64,000 nucleotides of DNA from Candidatus Binatia bacterium. GTDB lineage: Bacteria; Desulfobacterota; Binatia; HRBIN30. Position 1 is the first letter of the stretch, and each line of letters starts with the position of its first letter. Position numbers and translations under genes: made by a program. Where the stretch lies: NCBI GenBank assembly GCA_046327925.1, contig JAXLXM010000001.1:555316-619315 (forward strand), written 5' to 3'. The notes below the pieces were generated by a model. The model saw only the letters and a list, made by a program, of their open reading frames with translations, searched no databases and was not told the origin of the DNA. Below are positions 38,607-47,952 of the stretch, piece by piece.

Positions 38607-39854
38607 TTAGCCCACCGCAACGCGGGGCCGGCGCGCGGCGTACAGCGCGAAGACCGTGCCTCCGGCGGCAAACAGGCCGATGTGCAACAAGAAGGCCGGC
38701 CGGTAGCTTCCGGCGGCGTCGAAGATGAAGCCCATGAGCAGCGGCGCGCCGAAGTTGAAGGGCAACTGAATCAGGCTGATCAGCCCGAACGCCTGACCGA
38801 ACCGTTCGGCGCCGTAGAGTACGCTGATGAGCGTGCTCAACGGCGCAACGACGCCGCCGCCACAGGTGCCGATCAACGCCGCGGTGGCAAACAGGTACCA
38901 GAACGCCCCCCCGTGCCACAGAAACAGCCAGAAGACCAGTTGTGCGAAGGCGTTGAGCGCCAATGCCGCCGCACCGCCGAGCCGGTCGCTGAGCCAGCCG
39001 AAGAGAAACGAGCCAACCATCCCGCTGCCGCCGGAGACCGCGAGCAGGATCGAAGCCCGATGCGTATCGATCCCCAGGTCGGTGGCATAGGGGAGTAGAT
39101 GCGTGACGATCGCCGTCCCGGCGGCGAGAATCAACGCGGAAGCCACCGCAACCATCCAGAAGATCGCATCGCCCAAGAACTGCCGAGTGACGGCGGCGCT
39201 CTGGTGGGCGTGGCCGTGCAGCGGTGGCGGTGCGCCGGCCGCGGCGGTGCCGCAATCCGCCGGACCGTTGCGAACCAGGCGCAACAGCGGCGTGACGGCA
39301 AGCAAGAACACCGCGAGACAAGCGAAGGCAACGCGCCAGCCGAACGCTACGATCGTGTGCGTCGTGACCACGGGCATGAGCATGACGCCGAACGGGATCA
39401 TGACGATGCCGATCGCCTTGCCACGGCCTTCCACGAACCAATTGGTCATCAGCGCCATCGCCGGCAGCGGCCCGAGCAGCGTGGCGCCCAACCCCAAGAG
39501 CGCGCAGAGGCCGAGGACAACCCCCGCGGTCGGCGCGATCGCCACCAGACCGAAGCCCACCACCATGCACGCGGCACCGGCCGTCATCACGTCCCGAATT
39601 GGGCGACGCTGGAGCAGCCCGCCCACCCACGGCGACGCCAACCCCAGGATCAGGGTAATGATCGCCAGGCCGGAGGCGGCGACTCCACGTTTGATGGCGA
39701 AGCTGTCGGCAAAGGGCTTGACGAACGCGCCATAGACTCCAAACGTGAGGCCGATCGCAAGATTCTGCGCCAAGAAGCCGAGCGCGACCATGCGACCGGC
39801 AGGATCGCGATGGGGGCGGGCGATTTCACCCGGCAACACTTGCTCCGCGCTCAT
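38607..39854 (-). CDS. MFS transporter
   Basis: 415 aa from the ATG at 39854, with about 12 hydrophobic helices and the typical MFS loop 2-3 region (GGLLQRRPIRDV). Confidence 0.8.
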   Translation of the reverse strand: MSAEQVLPGEIARPHRDPAGRMVALGFLAQNLAIGLTFGVYGAFVKPFADSFAIKRGVAASGLAIITLILGLASPWVGGLLQRRPIRDVMTAGAACMVVGFGLVAIAPTAGVVLGLCALLGLGATLLGPLPAMALMTNWFVEGRGKAIGIVMIPFGVMLMPVVTTHTIVAFGWRVAFACLAVFLLAVTPLLRLVRNGPADCGTAAAGAPPPLHGHAHQSAAVTRQFLGDAIFWMVAVASALILAAGTAIVTHLLPYATDLGIDTHRASILLAVSGGSGMVGSFLFGWLSDRLGGAAALALNAFAQLVFWLFLWHGGAFWYLFATAALIGTCGGGVVAPLSTLISVLYGAERFGQAFGLISLIQLPFNFGAPLLMGFIFDAAGSYRPAFLLHIGLFAAGGTVFALYAARRPRVAVG

Positions 39855-40224
39855 CCGCAATCTCCCGTCCGTCGCTCGCGGACGCCGCCGCCGCATTCGA
39901 GTTGTCAAGGTATCCGCGCACCACTCCGAGCTCAACGTCGGATCCAAGTCCGTGTCCGTCGCGACGCGGATCGCTTACGACGGAGGGTCGTGGTTGTCAA
40001 TCGTGGAGCACGCGACGCGGCGCCACCGCACTCGGTGGCCGTCAGGTAACGCCGCGTGCGGCAGCGGCGCCTTGCGCCAGTTTTCCGCGACCCCTTGTGT
40101 CGTGTCACGAATTCTGTGAATCATCGCCGCACGCAGAGGTTTTCGGCAAGAGTCTTGGACTCTGGGCTTGCGAGTTTGCACCGCGGGCGCAGCCTGCGCT
40201 GAAGCAAGAGAAAGGAGACCAGAG

Positions 40225-41316
40225 ATGGCAACGTCGCAACCAAAGGCTGTCGTCGTCGGTACGGGCTTCGGCGTTCTCACGCACCTGCGGGCATTGCGCG
40301 CCGCCGGGTTCGAGGTGGTAGCGCTGATTGGCCGCGACCCGCAAAGGACGGCGCAGCGCGCCGCCAAGGCCGGTGTAGCGCACGGATTGACCTCCCTCTC
40401 CGCCGCGCTGGCACTGCCCGGTGTGGAGGTGGTCAGCGTCGCCACACCACCGCATACGCACGCCGGCTTGGTGCTGGAAGCGATCGCGGCAGGCAAACAC
40501 GTGGTCTGCGAGAAGCCGTTCGCCCGCGATGTGGCCGAAGCCCGGCGTATGCTGCAAGCGGCGGAGGACGCGGGCGTCGTGCACCTGCTGGGCACCGAGT
40601 TCCGCTTCGCCACCGGGCAGGCGGTCGCGACCCGTGCCGTGCATGCGGGGTTGATCGGCGAACCGCGGTTGGCAACGTTCCTGTTACAGGTGCCGATCCT
40701 GGCCGATGCCTCGACCGAGGTGCCGGCGTGGTGGTCGGACGCCGCAGAAGGCGGCGGCTGGCTCGGGGCGTACGCTTCGCACGTCATCGACCAGGTGCGG
40801 CAGATGCTGGGTGAGATCGCCGGGGTGAGTGCGTCGCTCGGGTTGGTGTCGGAACATCGCTGGACCGCGGAGGACAGTTACACGGTGCACTTCCGCACGC
40901 GCAGCGGGGTCGGCGGGATCATGCAAAGCAGCGCCGGCACGTGGGGCCCGCCGGTGTTCTGCAGCCGGATCGCCGGCACGCGCGGCACCCTCTGGCTCGA
41001 AGGCGACAGCGTGTACGTGGCGGACCGCTCCGGCCAGCGGCAACTCGACGTACCCGATGACCTGCGCAATCCGCCCCCGGTCCCAGCCGACTTCGAACCG
41101 GTTACGGCCTACGACATGATGCACACGATGGGCACCGACCTGGGCCCGTTCACCAAGCTGTTCCGTGTGCTGCGGGCACGCATGGCCGACCGGGCCGCGG
41201 TATCCCACCCCGCGGCGGCGACCTTCGCTGACGGCGTCGCCATACAGGCCGTCATGGACGCCATCCGCCGCTCGCACGCCGAGCGATCCTGGGTGGAGGT
41301 GGGCACACTTGCCTAG
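40225..41316 (+). CDS. Gfo/Idh/MocA-family oxidoreductase
   Basis: AAAGGAGA Shine-Dalgarno, then the ATG at 40225. Rossmann N-terminus KAVVVGTGFGVLTH and the EKP motif (VVCEKPFARD). Confidence 0.8.
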   Translation: MATSQPKAVVVGTGFGVLTHLRALRAAGFEVVALIGRDPQRTAQRAAKAGVAHGLTSLSAALALPGVEVVSVATPPHTHAGLVLEAIAAGKHVVCEKPFARDVAEARRMLQAAEDAGVVHLLGTEFRFATGQAVATRAVHAGLIGEPRLATFLLQVPILADASTEVPAWWSDAAEGGGWLGAYASHVIDQVRQMLGEIAGVSASLGLVSEHRWTAEDSYTVHFRTRSGVGGIMQSSAGTWGPPVFCSRIAGTRGTLWLEGDSVYVADRSGQRQLDVPDDLRNPPPVPADFEPVTAYDMMHTMGTDLGPFTKLFRVLRARMADRAAVSHPAAATFADGVAIQAVMDAIRRSHAERSWVEVGTLA

Positions 41317-41355
41317 GCGGCCCCTGCGAGACTACACCGAGGCGGGAGGTGCGTC

Positions 41356-42111
41356 ATGAGTGAGTTTTCGGCGAAGGTGGCGTTGGTGACCGGTGGCGGT
41401 TCGGGCATCGGGGAAGCGACGGCGTTGCTGTTCGCGGAGCGCGGGGCGGCAGTGGCGGTGGTCGATGTCGACGAGGCGGCGGCACGGCGGGTGGCCAGCA
41501 CGATTCAGTCCACGGGCGGTCAGGCCCTGGCGGTCGCCGCCAACGTGGCCCAGGCGACACAAGTGCGGGCGGCCGTGGCCCAGGCGGTCTCGCACTTCGG
41601 GCGTCTCGACGCGCTGCTCAACAGCGCCGGCATCAGTCCCCAGTACGCTCCGGTGGGCGACTATCCGCTGGAGGAATGGGATCGGACGCTGGCCACCAAT
41701 CTGAGCGGGACGTTTTACGGCATGAAATACGCCATTCCGGAGATGCTGCGCCATGATGGCGGCGCGGTGGTCAACATTTCTTCGATCATGGGGCAGGTCG
41801 CCAGCCCGGGCGGCCTGGCCTACTGTGCCACCAAGCATGGGGTCATCGGCCTGACCAAGGCGGCGGCCCTGGACTATGGCGCCCGCGGCGTGCGGGTCAA
41901 CGCCATTGGTCCCGGTGTGGTGGAAACTCCCATGACGGCGGCGTCAATCACCACGGACGAGATGCGACAGGGATTACTGGCTTTCACGCCACTGCAACGC
42001 TTTGCGCAGGCACGCGAGATTGCGGAACTGGTCATCTTTCTGTGCTCGGCGCGCGCCAGCTTCATCACCGGCGCCTACTACCCAATCGACGGTGGGTACC
42101 TCGCCATGTAA
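41356..42111 (+). CDS. SDR-family oxidoreductase (FabG/glucose-1-dehydrogenase-like)
   Basis: ALVTGGGSGIGEA, NSAGI, YCATKHGVIGLTK and PGVVETPM motifs. Length is 251 aa. Confidence 0.85.
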   Translation: MSEFSAKVALVTGGGSGIGEATALLFAERGAAVAVVDVDEAAARRVASTIQSTGGQALAVAANVAQATQVRAAVAQAVSHFGRLDALLNSAGISPQYAPVGDYPLEEWDRTLATNLSGTFYGMKYAIPEMLRHDGGAVVNISSIMGQVASPGGLAYCATKHGVIGLTKAAALDYGARGVRVNAIGPGVVETPMTAASITTDEMRQGLLAFTPLQRFAQAREIAELVIFLCSARASFITGAYYPIDGGYLAM

Positions 42112-42160
42112 GGGCAACGCCGAACCTGCGGGGATTGTCGGCGACTTGGTCGGACGGGAC

Positions 42161-44611
42161 TCAGGTTGCTGTCGGAGCCTGGGCGACGACGCCCTCCGCG
42201 CCAAACTGCTCGATTTGCTCGTTCGAATAGCCGAGTTCCGCGAGGATCTGCTGTGTATGTTGCCCCACGATCGGGGGCGGGCCCTGCACGCGGCCCGGGG
42301 TGCCGGAGAAATCGAAGAAGAGCCCAATCTGACCGAGCCTGCCGACCGCCGGGTGCGCGTACGAAACCACCCAGCCCCGCTCGATCATTTCCGCATCGTC
42401 GTGTAGGCGACGCCCGAACTCCGGGTCGCAGATTTCGACCGGCACGCCGGCGCGATCGAGCGCGGCGTACCAATCGGTCGCCGGGCGCGCCACGAACGCC
42501 TCCTCGAGAATGGTCGCCAGTGCGCCGTCGTTGCAGGCACGCGCCGCGGACGACTCGAAGCGCACGTCTCGTGTGAGATCGTCACGACCGAGCACAGCGC
42601 ACAGCCGCCGCCAGTGCGGCTCGCTCGCCAGGACAATGCAGAGCCAGCCATCCGCCGTTGCATACAGGCGGTGAGTGGCCGAAAAGCCAAGTTGCATACC
42701 GTCGAGCCGTGGGCGAGCGAGGGAGCCGCCGTCCGCGGTGGCAACGGCGGATGAGCAGTTCAGTAGCTGGGCATTGATGATCGCGGTCGTACACATCTGC
42801 CCCGCGCCGGTGCGCTCGCGGTGATACAGCGCCTGGATGATGGCGACTGCCGACAGGAACCCGTTCCCCGTATCTCCCAGCGAGGTGAAGCTCCAGAAGG
42901 GCTTCCCGCCGCGCCCCATGCCGCCGTCCTCATACTGTACGCCCGCCAGGCAACCGGCGGTCTGCTCGTTCGCCGGCAGGGGCGCGCGCGGTCCACGCTC
43001 GTGTCCGCGTGTATGACAATAGATCAGCTTCGGGTTGATTTGTCGCATACGCGCGTAATCGATGCGCAGCCGCTCGGCCGCGGCGTAGCGCATGTTGTGC
43101 TGGAGCACATCGGCCGACTGGACGAGCCGCTGCAGGATCTCCAGCGCGCGCGGGTGCTTCAGGTCTATGGCAAGGCTGCGCTTGCCGCGGTTCGCCCTGA
43201 ACGCAATGTGGGTGGAATGCCAATACCCGTCGTGCGGCGCGTTGATCTTGATGACTTCGGCGCCGAGGTCCGAGAGAATCTGCGTCCCGAACGGACCCGC
43301 GAGCGCCAAACCGAAATCAAGCACGCGAATGCCATCCAGGGGCGCGCACAAAGCTTGGCCGGCGCGTCCCGTCCTCGCCGTGCGAGCGGGCAAGGCCGCC
43401 ACCTCAGCTTTGACGGCATGCGTGTGCTCCCCCACGGACGGAGCAGGGCCGCGAATCTTCCCGGGGCTGGTATCGAGCTGGTAGGCGATGCCAACGTGAC
43501 GAATCGCTCCCAACTCCGGGTCCGCAACCTCCGCCACGCACCCGTCCGCCAGCAGCAGCGGGTCGCGCAAGGCCTCGTCCGCGGACCGGACCGCCTGTAG
43601 CGTGATCCCCGCGGCCGCGGCGGCCTCCACCCACTTGGCGGCCGGGAATCGCCGCATCCGTTCGGCAAGCAACGGCTGATAGTGCCGCAGGACGACGATC
43701 TCCTCGGGGCCGGTTCCGATGCGGTCGGGATCGTTGCGTGCCTGGAGCTCACCCGTCGCGCGCAGGTCGTCACCGTCAGCGACCGTCAGGATGAATCGGG
43801 GACTTGGCACCCAATTGTGCACCCAACGGCCGTCCGCGCACTGAAAATGTCCCTTGGGCGACCGACTGCTGTAGATCCAGCTATCGAACATTGGCGCATC
43901 GACGTTTTCCGCCCGCTGCCATACGTCGTTGGCGCACGCGAGCGCACCCTGCAGGAGCGAGGTCTCCACCCATTGGCCGCGACCGGTGATCTCTCGCGCC
44001 CGCAGGGCAGCACTGATCGCCACACTTGCCGCGTAGAATGCGCCGAGGCTCGGATACGGTACCGCGGGGAATACCGGCCCGGGACGCGGTGGCCCCTGCA
44101 GGTAGTCGGCTGGCATTTCCACGTCGGCAAAGCAATCCGGCTGCCCGGCCATGCGCCGCACAGGCCCTTCGGGCCAACCACGCTGCTCCCAGTGCAACCC
44201 CGTCCGCGCCGCCACCAGCGCGTCGTAGCCCGGCCGGCCGGAGTGGCGGTTGTTCCGCCCGTATGCGGTGATCGAACAGTATATGAGTCTCGGATTGAGC
44301 GCACTCAGGGTGGCATAGTCGATGCCGAGCCGATCGGTTACCCCGGGGGTGTAACTTTCGACCAGGATATCGGCGTCGCGTGTCAACGCAAGGAACGACT
44401 CGCGATCCCCCCGCGCCTTCAGGTCAAGCACGGCGCTCCGCTTCCCGCGGTGCCAGGCGCGGTAGCCCGACTGGCAGCGGAACGGGTCGCCGCCCGGAGG
44501 CTCGATCTTCGTAACCATGGCGCCGTGGTCGGCCAGCAGCATGGTCGTCATGGGACCCGCAATGCCCCATGACAGATCCAACACCTGGAGATCGTCCAAC
44601 ACACCAGTCAT
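42161..44611 (-). CDS. Tandem-fused family III CoA-transferase (two CaiB/BaiF domains in one polypeptide)
   Basis: Two collinear repeats of the family III N-terminal signature: L.DLQVLDLSWGIAGPMTTMLLADHGAMVTKIEPP and LDGIRVLDFGLALAGPFGTQILSDLGAEVIKINAP. Each is followed by about 380 aa. The ATG at 44611 is preferred because AGGAGA lies 7 nt upstream. Confidence 0.8.
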   Translation of the reverse strand: MTGVLDDLQVLDLSWGIAGPMTTMLLADHGAMVTKIEPPGGDPFRCQSGYRAWHRGKRSAVLDLKARGDRESFLALTRDADILVESYTPGVTDRLGIDYATLSALNPRLIYCSITAYGRNNRHSGRPGYDALVAARTGLHWEQRGWPEGPVRRMAGQPDCFADVEMPADYLQGPPRPGPVFPAVPYPSLGAFYAASVAISAALRAREITGRGQWVETSLLQGALACANDVWQRAENVDAPMFDSWIYSSRSPKGHFQCADGRWVHNWVPSPRFILTVADGDDLRATGELQARNDPDRIGTGPEEIVVLRHYQPLLAERMRRFPAAKWVEAAAAAGITLQAVRSADEALRDPLLLADGCVAEVADPELGAIRHVGIAYQLDTSPGKIRGPAPSVGEHTHAVKAEVAALPARTARTGRAGQALCAPLDGIRVLDFGLALAGPFGTQILSDLGAEVIKINAPHDGYWHSTHIAFRANRGKRSLAIDLKHPRALEILQRLVQSADVLQHNMRYAAAERLRIDYARMRQINPKLIYCHTRGHERGPRAPLPANEQTAGCLAGVQYEDGGMGRGGKPFWSFTSLGDTGNGFLSAVAIIQALYHRERTGAGQMCTTAIINAQLLNCSSAVATADGGSLARPRLDGMQLGFSATHRLYATADGWLCIVLASEPHWRRLCAVLGRDDLTRDVRFESSAARACNDGALATILEEAFVARPATDWYAALDRAGVPVEICDPEFGRRLHDDAEMIERGWVVSYAHPAVGRLGQIGLFFDFSGTPGRVQGPPPIVGQHTQQILAELGYSNEQIEQFGAEGVVAQAPTAT

Positions 44612-44807
44612 GATCATGTCTCCTGTGGGAAACACGCGCTCGAGGTCGGCCAAGGGGTACGCGTTCCCGATCCCCGTAGCGCCAGCCAGGGCGTAGATCA
44701 ACTCTGTCACATCGCCGTATCGCCTTCGGGCAATACGCGACGCCAAGGTGGTGCATCCCATTGGCCCGTCATCCGCCCACGGGATTGCGCAACCGTGCCG
44801 CGGCTAG

Positions 44808-44826
44808 CTAGTTTCCGTCTCGAAAT
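44808..44826. repeat. IS left terminal inverted repeat
   Basis: CTAGTTTCCGTCTCGAAAT. It pairs with 46986-47004, with one C/T mismatch. Confidence 0.75.
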
Positions 44827-44872
44827 GCGTCTAGGCCTTGTGACACAAGGGTTTGCGACGTTTAAGCAGCCG

Positions 44873-45277
44873 TCATTTGTGGGCCGGGCGGCGGCGATTG
44901 TCTAGGGAAAGAGGCTTGGCGCGACGAATTTTGGCTGTGAATGTCTGGCGGCGCAGTCCGCGTAACAGGCGCGCCCGCTCGATACTGAGGCCGATCCACT
45001 CGTCCACCAGAGCGCGCAACCGTTGGTAGTTTCGTAGCTGCTGCTCGACGCCGGGGAGGTCGGGCGCGCGCACGAAGGTCGACGAACTCTTACGCCGGTG
45101 GCCATAGCTGAGCTGGTAGTACGGGCCGTGGCGTTGCGCCGGGTCGGCCTTGCAGCGGCAGGCGGGATTGCCGCAGACATTGTACTGGCGGCTGATCGAA
45201 CCCGGGTGCAGCGCACCGAGGGCGGCGAGCTCGTGCTTGATGGCATTGATGCGGTGGTGGATCTCACGCTCGGTCAT
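44873..45277 (-). CDS. DUF6788-like small Zn-ribbon protein (IS passenger/accessory gene)
   Basis: 134 aa. The YNVCGNPACRCKADPAQRHGPYYQLSY motif is one I associate with DUF6788 proteins found next to transposases. It sits inside the IS, divergent from the transposase. Confidence 0.55.
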   Translation of the reverse strand: MTEREIHHRINAIKHELAALGALHPGSISRQYNVCGNPACRCKADPAQRHGPYYQLSYGHRRKSSSTFVRAPDLPGVEQQLRNYQRLRALVDEWIGLSIERARLLRGLRRQTFTAKIRRAKPLSLDNRRRPAHK

Positions 45278-45374
45278 GGAGCATCCGAGAGTAGCTCACG
45301 CAGAGAAATCTTCGAAGGGGACTTACTCCGATAGCCGAATATATGCTACCGGAGAGGGGCGGAGGTGCTGGTGG

Positions 45375-46802
45375 ATGCGGGAGATCAGGCACACGCAGAT
45401 CAGCTTTGCAGACCTGGAGCTGGGACGCCGCGTCCGGCTGGACCCGTTGCTGCAACAGATCAGCGACTTTCTCGATCGGCACGGCGAGCTGGTCACCGCG
45501 GTGCATCGGGATTTGAGCCGCTCGCTCAAAAACGCCCGACGGGGGCGTCGGGGCTTGAACGCCGAGCAAGTGTTGCGCGCCTTTGTATTGATGCGGATCA
45601 AGAACTGGGACTACCGGGAGCTGGCGGAGCGCGTCACCGACGGGTTTACGCTGCGTCAGTTTACCCGCTTTGATAGCGCACCGGTGCCCCGCCACCACGC
45701 CTTCCACCGCGCCTTCGTGCGCCTCCAAGCCCGCACGCTACGTAAGATCAATGAGGCCATCGTGGCCGCCGCGGTGCAGATGGGCCTGGAGGATGTCGAG
45801 AAGCTGCGGCTGGACACCACCGTGGTCGAGACCGCCATTCGTTATCCCCGCGACAGGGGGCTGTTGTGGGATACGGTGCGGGTGCTCAGCCGGCTGGTGC
45901 GGCACATTGGCGAGATCGCGCCGGTGGCCTGCGAGACCTTCCCCCACCGGACCCGCCGCGCCAAGCGCCGCATGCAGGAGATCGGCCGGATGCGAGCGCG
46001 CGCGCAGCGTGCGCGGAGCTTGCGGCGCAAGTATCGAGATCTGCTTACCGTGACGACCGAAGTCATCGAAAAAGCCGCGGCGGTAACGCGCAAGGCCCGC
46101 ACCGTGCGGGGCACCGAGTTGCTCGACACGCTCACCCTCAAGGCGCTGTGCGATGAGGTCAGCGAAGTCGCGGCGCTCGGGCGGCGCGTGATCGACCAGA
46201 GTGAACGGCGGGTCTTTGGTGGCGAGACCGTGCCCGCCGACGAGAAACTCTACTCGCTCTTCGAGCCCCATACCGACATGATCAAGCGGGGCAAGGTCTA
46301 CAAGCCGGTTGAATTCGGCCACAAGGTGCTGCTCGTGGAAAGCCGCATCGGTCTCATCACCGATTACCAGGTGCTCGACGGCAACCCCATCGATAGCGAC
46401 CAACTCGTACCGTCCGTGCAGCGTCACCGAAAACGATTCGGCAAGGCCCCCCGCGTCCTGGCCGGCGACCGCGGCTTCCATGACGCGGCTGGCTGCGAGC
46501 AAGTGCGCCGCCGCGGCGTTGCGCTTGTCGCGATCCCGCAGCGGGGCGGCAAGCGCAGTGTCGAACAAGCGCAGTTCGAGAAGAGTCGCGCTTTCAAGCA
46601 GGCGCAGGCATTTCGCTCGGGCGTCGAGGGCCGGATCTCGGTGCTCTTTCGTGGCCGCGGCATGAAGCGCTGCTTGTGGTCCGGCAGCGAGCGTTTCGAA
46701 CTGTTCCTTGCGGCAGCGGTCCTTGCCAACAATCTACTGGTGATCGCCGCGCGCCTGCAGAAGCGACCTGCGAAGGCCGCCGCCCTCCGAGGTGCAGCCT
46801 GA
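45375..46802 (+). CDS. DDE transposase (IS4/IS5 superfamily; IS5/ISNCY-like with a DUF772-type N-terminus)
   Basis: ATG at 45375 gives 475 aa. The N-terminal segment LNAEQVLRAFVLMRIKNWDYRELAERV.D...RQF resembles the DUF772/InsH N-terminal domain. Candidate DDE residues lie in LRLDTTVVE, LAGDRGF and FRSGVEGRISVLFRGRGMKRC. Confidence 0.8.
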   Translation: MREIRHTQISFADLELGRRVRLDPLLQQISDFLDRHGELVTAVHRDLSRSLKNARRGRRGLNAEQVLRAFVLMRIKNWDYRELAERVTDGFTLRQFTRFDSAPVPRHHAFHRAFVRLQARTLRKINEAIVAAAVQMGLEDVEKLRLDTTVVETAIRYPRDRGLLWDTVRVLSRLVRHIGEIAPVACETFPHRTRRAKRRMQEIGRMRARAQRARSLRRKYRDLLTVTTEVIEKAAAVTRKARTVRGTELLDTLTLKALCDEVSEVAALGRRVIDQSERRVFGGETVPADEKLYSLFEPHTDMIKRGKVYKPVEFGHKVLLVESRIGLITDYQVLDGNPIDSDQLVPSVQRHRKRFGKAPRVLAGDRGFHDAAGCEQVRRRGVALVAIPQRGGKRSVEQAQFEKSRAFKQAQAFRSGVEGRISVLFRGRGMKRCLWSGSERFELFLAAAVLANNLLVIAARLQKRPAKAAALRGAA

Positions 46803-46985
46803 TCGCCAGCGCTCTGCGTCCTTTTGTCGGTGGGTACCCGCCGGCCGATCGCGCTCGTCCGCAGCCACCCGCAGTTGCCATCTTGGCCGCCATGTGCGTC
46901 CCGGCGGGCGTGCAGATGTCTTCGCGCGCGCGATTCTCGTGCTGGAACTGCGCTCGGTTACCCTTGAAAATAGCGGCCGAAACTG

Positions 46986-47004
46986 ATTTCGAGACAGAAA
47001 CTAG
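46986..47004. repeat. IS right terminal inverted repeat
   Basis: ATTTCGAGACAGAAACTAG, the inverted copy of 44808-44826. Confidence 0.75.
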
Positions 47005-47952
47005 ATAGCGCTTTTGGGCAGGGACGGTTCCGGGCTTCGTTTGGACGATTCGACCTTGCCGATAGAGCTCTTCCATCCGCTCCTTCTTGAAGCGCCAGTA
47101 CCGCGTAACGCCAAGGAACTCATAGTATGGATTCCCTTTTGCCGCTCCTCCCGGGCCTGTTGCATCGCTCAGCCGGTATCGCCTCCCCGTCTTTGGCTCT
47201 ACATGCTTGTAAAAGGCTCCGACATACTCTTCGGAGTACGGCTGGTACTGCATATCCCAGCAGAAAGCGTCACTCTTGGTATACAGGAAGATGACATCGT
47301 GGATTGGGCCCATGTGCATGGAGCCCTGCCCGATGTCGCTGTGTGCCGTCTGCCGCTTCCAGATGATCTGGTTCACAAACTTCTCGGGGCCAAACACTTG
47401 GTCGAGAGCGGCCTTGATGTAGTGCGACACGTCCCATCCCATGTGAACGTAGATGGTCCCGCGCTCCGACAGCAGGTCCCGCATCAACTGAAACCGATCG
47501 AACAGCATCTGAACGAATGACTCGAGACCTCGACCCCACGTGTCGCGATACGCCTTCTCCTCAAGGAGCGAGGCCTCCTTGGTGACTTCTTCCTCCCCTA
47601 TGAACGCTCGAAAGGAGAAGTCTGCGCCGGTTGCAAACGGCGGATCGATGTAGATCAGATCGACCTTCCCCGCGAACTTCTCCAGCAGCGAACCCATCAC
47701 CAGCAGGTTGTCGCCCCAGATGAGCTTGTTGCGCCAGCCAGCTTCGAAGGTGTCGCCCTCCTTGCCTTCGTAGACGTCGAAGAGCGTGCCCTGCACGCCG
47801 CCTTTCTTCGCCTCGCGCGTGGCGCGGCTCTCGTTGACGGTCTCGATGACCTGGAACGGCAGGCTGACGCGCGGCACTTCCTTGAGCGTGCCGTCCTCGT
47901 TGTACTTGCCGGGCCAGACCAGCTCGGTCCTGGTGATGTCGATCTTCGCCAT
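47005..47952 (-). pseudogene. mod: Type III Mod-like (beta-class N6A/N4C) DNA methyltransferase, truncated after codon 316 by the IS
   Basis: N-terminal 316 codons carry catalytic motif IV IYIDPPFATG and the Mod-like region ...PAQKRY. After Y316 the frame runs into the IS end and reads nonsense. Motif I (AdoMet binding), which follows motif IV in beta-class enzymes, is absent. GC is about 56% by hand count over 47101-47340. Confidence 0.75.

Larger units (their letters stand above)
44808..47004. mobile_element. Insertion sequence (~2.2 kb) with 19-bp terminal inverted repeats, carrying a DDE transposase and a divergent DUF6788-like accessory gene
   Basis: Left end CTAGTTTCCGTCTCGAAAT (44808-44826). 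Right end ATTTCGAGACAGAAACTAG (46986-47004). The reverse complement matches at 18 of 19 positions. The right end lies exactly where methyltransferase homology stops. Confidence 0.75.

Noticed and set aside
44804-47008. Target-site duplication for the IS (CTAG on both sides)
   Set aside because: CTAG is a palindrome and forms the outermost 4 bp of both inverted repeats, so it cannot be separated from the IR. The left flank is unrelated to the right flank (probable adjacent deletion), so a true TSD is not expected to survive.
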